From NCBI GenBank assembly GCA_958009085.1, contig OY253679.1, forward strand, positions 496,001 to 560,000: a DNA stretch of 64,000 bases, given 5' to 3'. The translations under genes and the position numbers were made by a program. The notes beneath the pieces were generated by a model that saw only the letters and a list, made by a program, of their open reading frames with translations, was not told where the DNA came from and did no database searches. The DNA is from Protoeuglena noctilucae (lineage: Eukaryota). This document shows, piece by piece, positions 1 through 10,600 of this stretch (the stretch's first letter is position 1; each line of letters begins with the position of its first letter).

Positions 1-642
1 GCCGGGTGGGAGCGGGAGCGGGATCGGGATCGGGCGGGTCCAGGGGCGCGCGATCGCAGCCGCAGCCGGGAGCGCGACTGGGGACGGGACGGGGGAAGGG
101 AGGGACGGGGTCCCGGCGACGGCCACGACCGCGAGAGAGGCGGGGCGTGGGGCAGGGGTGGGGGCGGGGAGGGTGACCGGGCGAGGGCGGGGAGGGGCGG
201 GGGACCCAGGGACGGCCGCGACCGTGGCGACTGGCGGGGCGGGGGCCCGGGGCGGGACAGGGAGAGGGAGCGGGGGAGGGAGCGGGATGAAGACCGGGGC
301 GGGCGGAGTGCGGCAGACGCATTCCGCGCGGCGCCACACAGCAAGGCAAGCGATCGGGCGCGCGTAGCCGCTACCTGTCGTGCGGCATCGTATCCGTGGG
401 ATAGAGACGGTGGGATGGGACCCCTTCGTGGAGGACGCTGGTCCCACCCGCTGACTCCCGCTGACCTCCTCCCCTTGCAGTTCCGGGAGTCCGCCCCCGG
501 GAGTCTCGGGAACCGGACGCTCAGCGACACGTACGGGGACGCGTCGGGCAAGGTCGCCCTGGGGGTCGTCCGGGGGCGGGACGCCACGGCGGGGTCGGTG
601 GAGGCGTACCGCCTCGGGATGAAGAACCCGTACAAGCACTGA
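1..642 (+). CDS. 3' part of an RS/RD-rich splicing-factor-like gene, possibly PRP38B/SRL1-like; 5' end outside window
   Basis: Arg/Asp/Ser-rich low-complexity coding sequence to ~340, an intron ending ttgcag at 480, then last exon FRESAPGSLGNRTLSDTYGDASG...EAYRLGMKNPYKH*. The 'YGDAS...LG' tail resembles plant PRP38B/SRL1 C-termini from memory. Confidence 0.5.
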   Translation, partial: AGWERERDRDRAGPGARDRSRSRERDWGRDGGREGRGPGDGHDRERGGAWGRGGGGEGDRARAGRGGGPRDGRDRGDWRGGGPGRDRERERGRERDEDRGGRSAADAFRAAPHSKASDRARVAATCRAASYPWDRDGGMGPLRGGRWSHPLTPADLLPLQFRESAPGSLGNRTLSDTYGDASGKVALGVVRGRDATAGSVEAYRLGMKNPYKH

Positions 643-721
643 GTTGTCGCTGCTGCGAGGTTGAGGCCGTTTCAAGAGCGGGCGCGCGTCCGTTGCCAGC
701 ACGCCAGCACCTGTGCCGCTG

Positions 722-1327
722 CTACTCGTCCACTTGCACGTCCTGGATGACGACGAGGCTGAACTCCTGGTAAGGGGCGACCATGATCTCGTGCTGCTTG
801 GAGCGCACGCGGAGGAACTTGAGGTCGTTCTGCGGGAGACAGGGAGCAGGCAATTGAAGACGAGGAAGCACCCCTTGCGGCAGTCAGTCGGTGCGGGCAG
901 CTGTTTTGCCACACACCTGGGGGTCGAGGTCGCGAATGCAAGCCCGGGCCATGCGCACGATCGGCGGAATCAGTTCCGCGTACCTCTGGGCGATCTCAGG
1001 AGAAACGGACTTTTCCAAAATCTGCGAAGGCAAAGCGCAGGGGCACGTCCATGCGTCCATCCCCACAGTCCGGGTGCGGCCCATTCGGCGCCGACTGACG
1101 GTAGCCTCGTCACCTTCCCATCTTTGCTCACAACCACGAGCGCCTTGATGGTCACGTTGTTGTGGTAGAGGCGCTGAATGGCGTTCTTGATGTCCAGCGC
1201 ATTCTGCACGCAGAGACGCCTCGCGCGTCCTCCAAAGTCCATGCGCCGTTGAGATTCACATGCAGGTGTCCCAGTTGCGATAACGCCCGGAAGGGGCCAG
1301 CGGAGAACGCAAGCTACTCACCTCCAT
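722..1327 (-). CDS. Roadblock/LC7 dynein light chain (4 exons)
   Basis: Spliced product [102 protein letters not shown]; 'RDLDPQNDLxFLRxRSKxHEIMVAP' is the LC7 signature. Confidence 0.9.
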
Positions 1328-1923
1328 TACTTTCCACACGCCCCCCTGCCCGCCCGGCATCGTGCCCCCGACCCACACCACCGACGACAGCCGCTGTTGC
1401 CTTCCACGGACGCCTGAGCACGCGGCCTTGGCTGGAGACGATGGTTTCCTGCGGTCCATCGAGCGAGGGGCATGCCGTGCATGTCGCAGACACCGGGACC
1501 CCGCGGGGCAAAAGCTTGGCAGTCAGCCTGCTCGCACGCACACCAGAAGTCGCTTGTCACCACGCCAGGCCCGGGCAGCGACGTCGTCGCTTGGGGAAGA
1601 GAGCTGATTGATGCTGCCCTGCTGCAGGGAATGTTTTGGCCACGAGCTGTGATTCGACGGTTTTATTGGATTTACGGAAACGATGGGAGAGTTTTGCCTG
1701 TCTGTGCGCTGCGCAGCCGCTGAATGTTTACTGGCGGGTAGGGTCTTTCAAGTCTGAAGTCCCCTGCCCGGCCTCCCTTTCGATTCATCGCTTACACATG
1801 GGAAAGTAGCCGGCAATGGGAACGCTCGGTTTCGAGGGTGCGGCTCGCTGACCCGGGGCTGCGTCTTGCCGCCCCCCGCGGTCGGTGCGCGGTGAATTAC
1901 CGCCGAGTGGAGCGCGGGTCGGG

Positions 1924-4900
1924 ATGCGGGCTTTGCTGGTGGCGGGGCACCACCAGGGGGTGGGCAAGACGACGGTGTGCGTCGGCCTCATCGCGTGGAT
2001 GAGGTGGGTCGTTTTACTTTCCGTGTGGGAGGGACATCGGTGTTCCTGCAAGCCAGCCCGCGACGCCATGGGCGAGGATTTGAAACACCCGCGACGGGCG
2101 GGCTTTGTCGGCCTCGCATGGCCACACCAGAGCCATATGCGGCATGACGTTTGCATCCGCGCGTTGCCCGGCCTATACATTGCTTGGGAGTCGCGCCGGT
2201 GGGGCAGGCGGGAGCTTCGGCGCGCTGTGGCAGAGGCGGTCAGCTCCACACGGAGCAGAGCCCGGAGTGCGACGCGGTGCAGACCTGGAGCCCCTCCTCC
2301 CATCCCACTCCCGCCTACGGGTCCTGAACAACGTCGTGGGCCCGTTATTGCCTGCGCGAATGTCCCTCCCTTGCGTCCAGGGCCACTGACAACCTGCGTC
2401 CTTTCGGTGCTTTTCCCGCGCCTCTGTCGTCACCGGCCGCGTGACAGCGGCCTTTCCTGCATCACACATGCATATCGTTGCCTCCAAGCTCCCCGCTCGG
2501 GCACACGAGATGCGGCCCGCCGCCTCGCCAATGTGACACCCCCTTGCCGGCCCCCTGCAGGTCCCAGGGCCTTGTCGTCCAGCCGTTCAAAGTCGGGGTG
2601 GACTCCAAGGATCTCCTCGTGCTGTCGGAGGCCGCGGGGCGGGATGCGGTGTCGCTGGATGCGTGGGCGCTGGCCCCCGACCGGTTGACACAGACGTTTC
2701 ACCGGGCGTGCGAGGGCGCGGACGTGGCGGTCGTCGAGTCGCGTGCGGACCTCTTCGACGAGGTCGACGGCGCGCCGGGTGAGGGTTGGCGGACCCCCTC
2801 GCGGCATCGCAGGCCCACCAACGGCACCTGGCCGAATTGCGGATCGGTCATCCTGCCTGCAGAGTCCAGCAGCTCCGCCGCCGTCGCGCGCGTCCTGTCC
2901 CTGCCCGTGGTCCTCGTGGCCGCCTCGGCCTCCCGCTCCGCCGCCGCCACCCTCTGCGCCTTTGCGACCATGGACGCCGGGGTGCGCATCGCCGGCCTCG
3001 TCCTCACCAACGTGCCCCAGGGGCCCGTGGAGCCCCTGCGCGAACAGCTCACCGTCCTCGGGGTGCCGTTCCCGCTCCTGGGGACCATCCCCACGACGCC
3101 AGGCGCGGCGCTGCCCTCAGAGGCGGAGGTGGCGGGCCGGGCGGTTGGAGGGCCGTCAACAAGTGCTGGGACGGCGGGCAGGGGCGCAGAGAAGGGCAAA
3201 GCGTTCAGCATCGTCCATAGGGGGCTGCCCGTGGCGCCCCACGCCGAGTGCCTACGGCGAGTGCTTTTCTCCTGCAGCATGTGATGTGGCCCCTTTGTCC
3301 ACTCGCTCTGACGTCGCCCTCTCAGGCATCATCCCCGCGTCATGCCTCGCAGGGACCTCGTGCAGCAGCGCCTGGACGGCAAGCAGCTCATGTCCATCGC
3401 CTCCACCGCCTCCCCCCCACCGCCCCCACGGCCGGCGCGCCGCCGCCCCTCGCGCCCCGCGGCGCGCATTGCCGTCGCGTGCGACGCGGCCTTCTGGCGG
3501 TACCCGGGCGACAACCTGCGCATGTTGGAGCTGGCCGGGGCCGAGCTGGTGCCCTTTAGCCCCCTCTCGGCCGCGTCCCTGCCCCCGGGCGTCACGGGGC
3601 TGTACCTGGGGTCGGGGGCCGTGGAGGCGCACGCGGAGCGGCTGTCGCGGAACAAAGCGCTGCGGGCGGACGTGGCGGCGTTCGTGGAGGCCGGGGGCGT
3701 GGCGCTCGGGGAGAGCGGCGGGCTGGTCTTCCTGGCGCAGGCCCTGCTCCGGCGGGGGGGTGAATGGCTGCCCATGTGCGGCGTGTTGCCGGTGGAGGTG
3801 CGCGTGACGGGGACGCTCGTCTACGGGCACGTGGAGGTGCTGACACGGGGCAACCCCGTCATTCCGCCGGGGTGCACCCTGCGTGGGTCGGGTGAGCATG
3901 GCGAAGACGGTGGGGGAGGCGGATCTGCGGTCGGGACTCCCCCGGCTCGATTCCCTCGCTGTCTTCACCCGCAGTGAGCCACGACACGGACCTCCTGCTC
4001 GGGGGCGTGCCGCTGGGCCGTGCCGACTCCCGGGACGCCGACGTGGACCGCGCGGCCAAGGAGGGCATGGCCATGGCGTTCAAGGTGCAGGTCGTGCTGG
4101 GGGTCAACACGGGTGAGCGCGGACAGGGACCGGGACGCACCGCCGCCCCTGCCACCCCATCCCCTGCATGCGGTTGATGCGACCTGCCACCCCGGCCCCG
4201 CGCGCAGCAAAGGACCGGCACCTCGAGGAGGGTTTTTGCCGGGGATCGGCCCTTGCATCGCACGTCGCCCTCCTCCTCGCCTCCTGCCCCGAGGCCGCGG
4301 ACGCCGTGGTCGCCCGGTGCGCCCGCGTCCCTGCCGATGCCCTCGACGCGACCCTGGCCCCGGGCCGAGCCGTGCGCGCCCTCTCCGGGCAGGACGCAAG
4401 CGTCGAAGTCCTCTCCACGCCTCTCAGCCGAGCGTCGGGGACGCCCAGCACCCCGCTGCCCCCCACACCCCCCGACCACTCGCCCATGCGCGCCCTCGCC
4501 ACCTCCCACCTCGCCACCCCCACCGGCGGCTCCTCGCCGCCTCCGCCGTCCGTGAGCGCCACCCCCACGTCCGGCATCGCGCTCTCCTCCACCCCCGGCG
4601 GCCCCGGGTCCCCCGCCCTGGGCTCCACCGGGGCCTCCCCTCCCCACCTCGGCCCAGGCATGCTCCCACGGCGCGGCGCGGGGTCCGGTGAGATGGCGGC
4701 GGGGTCCAGGGGCGCGCGAGGGGCCGAGGACGGGGGCTCAGGGATGTCCTGGGTCGTGGGTCGCGGGGTGCGGGGGGGCACGGAGGAGGAGCGGGGGTCG
4801 CCGGTGTGGGTGGTGGGGCAGCCGGGGCGGTCCGGCTCGCGGCGCATCGGACGGCAGGCGTCCAGCACGACGGACCTGCAGGGCGTGGTGGCACAGGGGT

Positions 4901-7357
4901 GGGCAGAAGCGGTGAGCGTGTGATGCTTGGCTGCGGTGGGGGGCGGGGAGCGGGGGTTGGCATATGCCTCACTCACGCTGTCGCCTGTCGTTCCGTGCAG
5001 GCGGGTGCTGCGGGCCGCGAGGACCCCCCCGCCCGGGGCGCGTTGCAGCGGACGCACCCGCCCATGGGGGGGACACGGAGCTCGGCGGGGTCTGCGGCGA
5101 GCCGGGCGCTGGGCAGTGGGTTGTGGGGATGGCTGGCTGGAAACGGGGGACGGCCGAGCACATCGCGGGACGGCGGGGCTGGGCTGGGCCCCGGTTCGGG
5201 CGGCGGCATGGTGGGCCCCGAGAGCCTGGCGCGTGCGGGGGGGCATTCGCGGACGCTGAGCCGCGGGGAGCTGGAGGGGACGGGGGGGCGGGGGGGCGCG
5301 CCGGGCGACGTGTCGCCGATGGGCCTCAAGAGGGCGGGGATCGCGCATGTCAAGGTGGGACGTTGACTGACTAGGGCCGCGCTAACCTGCTCCGCGTTGT
5401 GTGCTTCTTTGGGGCCGACCAGCGATGCGCTGAGGTAGAATGCTATGCAAGAGAGCCAGCGGCGACCCGTCCCCCATGCCCCCCTGCGCAGCGCTCCACC
5501 AACAACCTCGCGTCGCTGGGGGCGACCGAGGCATCGGACGGAGCAGATATGGGAGGGGGGGCGGCAGTGCCAACCCGCGCGGAGGTGAGGAGAGGGGGTG
5601 CTGGATGGACGTGGCACGTCGCTCGGCGTGCGTCTGCGCGCGACTCGCCCAACCTAACCCCTTTATGTGTCCCTGCCTACCCGCAGTCGCGACTGGGCGG
5701 CGTGTTCCCGTCCTTCCCGCCCATGCCCCGTGATCACGGCTCTCCCGTCCATCACACGCACCCCTCTCACCACGCCCACCACCCCCACCACCACTCCACG
5801 GCGCGCGACTCTCACGGCCACGCACCCGCCCCGGGCCCGCGCGGGGACCCCAGCGGCAGCCCTTTCTTCTTCCCCCGCGACATCCCCGCCCCCGCGGTGC
5901 GCGCCCCGCCCGGCGAGGCCATCGTGAGCCTCTTCCCCGGCGGCACGGAGGTGCTCTTCAGCCTGGGCCTGGGCCCCCGCGTGGTGGGGGTGTCGGACCG
6001 GTGCGACTTCCCGGCCGAGTGCGCCAAGGGGCGGCACGTGGTCAGCGCGTTCCGAGAGCGCGCGGTGGGGTCCGTCGACGCCCTGGGCCTGTCCGACACG
6101 GCCAGCGTGTCGGGCGTGTCAGCCGGGCACAGCGCGGGGAGCGTGTCCGAGGGGCGGCGGGGGCGCGGGGCGCCGTCGGACTGGACGGGGACGGTGGGGT
6201 CGAGCCAGGGCGGCAAGGGGGCGCGCTGGGACGGCGTGGGGAGTGGCGCTGCCCCCGAGGACGAGATTGTGTGGGTGGACACGGGTGAGCGGGTGTACGC
6301 AAACCCAAGGGGCTCGCATGGTGGGGTCCTGCCATGCGCACGTGCGGATGCCTACCCCCAGCATCGCGTTGCCCCCAGACTGGATCCTCCGAGAGGGCCC
6401 CGCGCTGGTGGTGGCGCCCGTCCTGGCCATGCACCCCGAGGCGCTGGCGAGCCTCTGCCGCGCGGGGGTGGTCGACGCGACGGGCCATTCGGTCCTCCCC
6501 GGCACGTCCGTGCTGCAGCTGCCCATGGCCAGCGTGCACGACGCCCTCGAGGCGCTCTCGGTGGTGGGGCGCGCCACGGGGGTCGGCGAGCGCGCGGAGG
6601 ATTTGGAGGAGAAGCTGAGGGACAAGCTGGCGAGGGTGGCGCGGGAGGCGCGGCGGCGGCGCAAGGGTGAGGGGGGTGTGGAAGGCGGGGATGCGTGAGC
6701 GCTGAGCTGCTGCCTGTGTCCCGGCGGGGGGACTTACTGTGTCGTGAGTCGGTCCCGGCCCTGTCGCCCGCAGACCCTCCGCGGGTCCTGCTCCTGCGGG
6801 GAGGCTCGCCGCTTCTGGTGGGCGGCGAGTGGCGCAGCGAGCAGCTGATGCTCGCGGGAGGCACGGGCATGCTGCGGGTGAGGCACCGCGCTGGACCCTC
6901 CCCCGCCCGCGCTGCCCGCGGCTGGCAGCCCCCCCTCATGGCGGCGACCGTCGTGCGACTTCCGTGGCTGCAGCCCCTGGACGCCTCCGAGTACATTTCC
7001 TGGGACGCCGTGCGCGAGTTCGACCCGGAGGTGATCGTGCTGGCCGCCGACCGGGACGCGGCCCCTGGCGAGCCCCCGACGGCGCAGCTGGCGGACTTGG
7101 CGCACCACAAGGGGTGGTGGGGCATCAAGGCGGTCCACGAGGGCGAAGTCTACGTCCTGTGCATGGGCGCTGAAGACCTGGTCAACCGCCCCGGCCCACG
7201 CCTGGTGGACGGCGTGGAGGCGCTCGCCCACATCCTGTCGGCCGACACGGGGAAGAAGAAGGGGCCCCTGCCGCGGGGGTCGGTGCTCAAACTGGGGCTG
7301 CAGAAGGGCGGGCGCTGCCGGCCCAAGAACCTTGTCCACTTCTTCGCCAAAATCTAG
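1924..7357 (+). CDS. Fusion protein: CobB/CbiA-like (cobyrinate a,c-diamide synthase fold, degenerate) + low-complexity/His-rich linker + BtuF-like periplasmic-binding-protein domain (~11 exons)
   Basis: N-term LLVAGHHQGVGKTTV..VQPFKVGVD..SLDAW..DVAVVES..LPVVLV; GATase-like RIAVACDAAFWRYPGDNLRMLELAGAELVPFSPL..GLYLGSG..GESGG; C-term IVSLFPGGTEVLFSLGLGPRVVGVSDRCDFP..ISWDAVREFDPEVIVLA..AVHEGEVY..NRPGPRLVDGVEALAHIL. Splice phases checked across the linker are compatible with one ORF. Confidence 0.8.
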
Positions 7358-7663
7358 CAGGGACACGCTGCGATGTTTATTGCGCCGTTCCCCTCGATCT
7401 GTTCGTTGGGCGCTGTGACCGGAGCGGCGTTGCCCGCGCTGTGCCCGCTTGTTTTTCGTGACATCAGAAGCATTTGTGCCTGGACATGTTGGTTGGCCCC
7501 GCCTCGCGCGCTGCAGTGAACGCGCATGGTACAAACCAGTTTGCCCTCTCCTGCTGACACGGTGGCATGGCAAACGCACGATTGGTCACGAAACGGGACA
7601 GCGAGTGCGAGTGCGAACTCAGACGGGAAGTTCGTCGCCGGACGGCGGGATGCCCACCCGGCC

Positions 7664-10600
7664 ATGAGCGCCGGGGACGTCGAAAGCGTTCCGGCAATCG
7701 TGCCAGAGACGCCAAGCCTCCCGGACCTGCCCGCCACGAGGCAGGTGTACGTATGGGGCGCAGGAGACCTGGGGCAGCTTGGGACGGGAACGAGGTGACG
7801 CTCCGCCGTGCGCTATCCATTACTTGACTGAAAAATTGCTCCTGTCGAGTTGGAGCCTCGCGCGCAAGCTCTCTCGCGCTGCCCGGGACGCTTTTGAGTG
7901 TTTCTAATCGTGAAAGTCCCTCCGTGGCTCGCCTGCGACACATCTTTTGATCCCTGATGGTATCCTGAACAAGACAAATATGTTTGCGCTCCCCATAGTC
8001 AGCAAGTGAGGTCCTTCGACCTGCGCGAGTGACATTGGCTACCTGCTCACGGTGCTGCAGGTCCGCCCAGCTCCAGCCCGTGCCTGTGAAGGCTCTCGCT
8101 GGCGTTGACGTGGTTGAGGTCGCAGCAAGCATCTACAACACAGCGTTCCTGACGTCTCGGCAAGAGCTGTTCCTGGTGCGTGAAGGCCCACAAGGACCTG
8201 CACCTGCAAGCTTTGACTGCCCACGACACGCTACCAGGAACTGGCGGCAGGCCATAGCCTTTCCGGATTGCCCGGTTGTTGCAGGGCAGAGACGACGCAA
8301 TGTCACACCCCGTCCCACTTCTGTACGCAGTGCGGAGCCAATGAGTCGGGGCAGCTGGGTCGCCCAGCCCAGTCGGACGCAGAGCTGACGCCGGTGCGCT
8401 TGACGGCGCTGGACTCCTGCCGCGTCACGCATTGCGCATTGGGTCACTCGCACGTCCAGGCAGCGACAGGTGAGCGGGCACCTTGGTGCGTGCCCTGAGG
8501 GGGACGGACATATGATGTGGGCATTGCGATTCCTTGACATCGAAGGTGGACGGAGGCGGCGTCGCCAACTCGTGGTTTGTGCCATGCGTTCGGTGTGTGT
8601 TCACATGTACAGGTCACTTGTCCGTGCAGATGCTGGGGCCATCGCCACGTGGGGTGCGAGCGAGTTCGGGCAGCTTGGTCAAGGACGAGCGGGAGAAGAT
8701 CAGCCGACCCCGCGCGTCATCAAAGGAACACGGGAGGTGTTCTTCACACAGGCGAGGCTGGGCAGTGCACAGCTTGCGTCTTGGCAGGCCGCAACAGTGG
8801 TGGATTCTGCGACGATGTCCCCATCGGCTATGGTGCTTTGCATTGCCACTGAGCCGTGCTGTGTGCAGGGCACCCTCCAGGACGCCCTGCGCCGCCCTTG
8901 TGCTTTCAGGTTGCATGCGGGGCTGCGCACTCGCTTACGCTGACAGGCAGTGGCCACGTCTTCTCCTTTGGCTGCGGAGCTTTCGGAGCCCTGGGCCTCG
9001 GGGACGAAGACAACCAGGATCTCCCAGTGCTCGTCGAGGTGAGAATTTAGCTGTCGAAATAGGAAACCAGGAGCAGCATCAGAGGACAAGATAAGGCGTT
9101 GACTGCCATGGAGGCAACACTTCCAACCGTGGTTCGTTCTCTCCTGCGCAGCGCCTTTGGCCCGTGGCTGTGGTGCAAGTGTCGTGTGGGGACAACCACT
9201 CGGCGGCGCTGAGCATGCAAGGCGCCGTGTGGACATGGGGCCGCGGCAAGTTCGGGCAACTTGGGTTCGGGCACCTGCGCAACGTCAGGTGACACTTCTC
9301 GTGTGCATTCTTGTCGATTCCGCCGCGCAATGCATCCAGCCTGCAACGCATAAATGCGAGACTAGCCAAGTTGCTGCATTCATCCTTGGTCCGCTGTCCC
9401 TCCTAGTGACCCTGAACTCTTGCGGATTTCTGCACGCAGCGTGCCGGCTCGTGTGGACGCCATGTGGGAGGCTGGCGTGGAGGTCGCGCACATTGCATGT
9501 GGCGGCGACCACACCTGCGCCGTGTCACGCAACGGAGAGGTGTTCACATGGGGCCGTGGGTCTTGGGGGCAGCTCGGTCATGGAACCCTGGCGAACGAGG
9601 TTCTGCCGCGGCAAGTTGTGGCGTTGGCAGGCAAATTTGCGGTTCAGGCGAGTTCACAGAGTCCAAACGCGGAGGGTATTTACAACATGTGCTTACTGTG
9701 CCATGAGAGCAAGTTTGCTTCCCTACCTTCCGCGCAGGCGGCGGCAGGAAGCAGGCATACGCTGGTGCTGACCGTTTCGGGGCGGGTACATGCATTTGGA
9801 AGCGGGGAGAGCGGGCAGCTTGGAACCGGCACGGACGCCATGCATGCATTGCCCGTCCGCGTTCAGGGACTGCGGGGTCTGCATGTTACAAGGCTAGCTG
9901 CAGGAGGGTTGCACTCTTGTGCAGTGGGAGACTTGGGGGCGGGGTGGGGGCCAGCAGGTATTCGAACGGGGCAGGCATCGATGGATAAGGGACCACGGGT
10001 CCCCGGAGCTGGGATGGGATTCCACCGAAGGTGCGCACGCGCACAGCTGGAGGCATTGGTAGCTGAGACTGTGAACTGCCGACAACGTCGTGTCTTACTG
10101 CGTTACCAACGGTCTGTTTATCTTAACGCAGGGAGATGCCCCCTTTGCTGGAGCTTGCCCAAGTGGCGGCAAATCCCTTGGCTCCTCGCAAGGCAGGTGA
10201 CTCACCATCATTGTCAAGGGACGCCATGAAGCGCTCTTGACTTGCAGGCTATGTGTCTTTCTTTTCCTTCTTGCCCCTCACCCTCGCATGCACCCCACAG
10301 TGGCGGCAGCGGCGCGGGCGGTGGAGGATGTCTTCTCGTCCCCAGGAATGATCTTGGCTGGGTTCGCCGTAGAGACACCCACGCCTGTGGACGGGCGTCA
10401 CGGGCTTGGCGCAGGGCCGCGGGTCAGTTCGTGGGAAGACGAGGAAGGCCAGGAGACTCCGGATCTAGCATCGCCATCGGTCATGCGGGCTCGGAGCCGC
10501 ATTAACCCCCACTTCCATCCCCCCGCGACAGGGTACAGGTGAGATCTTCAGCGTTGCCCGGTGGATTCTGTTTTGGCAGGTTTTTTTCGGAGCCCGTTTA

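Noticed and set aside
2320..2365. CCTGAACA...GTTATTGCCTGCGC in the long first intron of the CobB-like gene resembles part of a TPP riboswitch
   Set aside because: The conserved CUGAGA and AGGGA elements are missing, and I could not identify a cobalamin riboswitch B12-box either.
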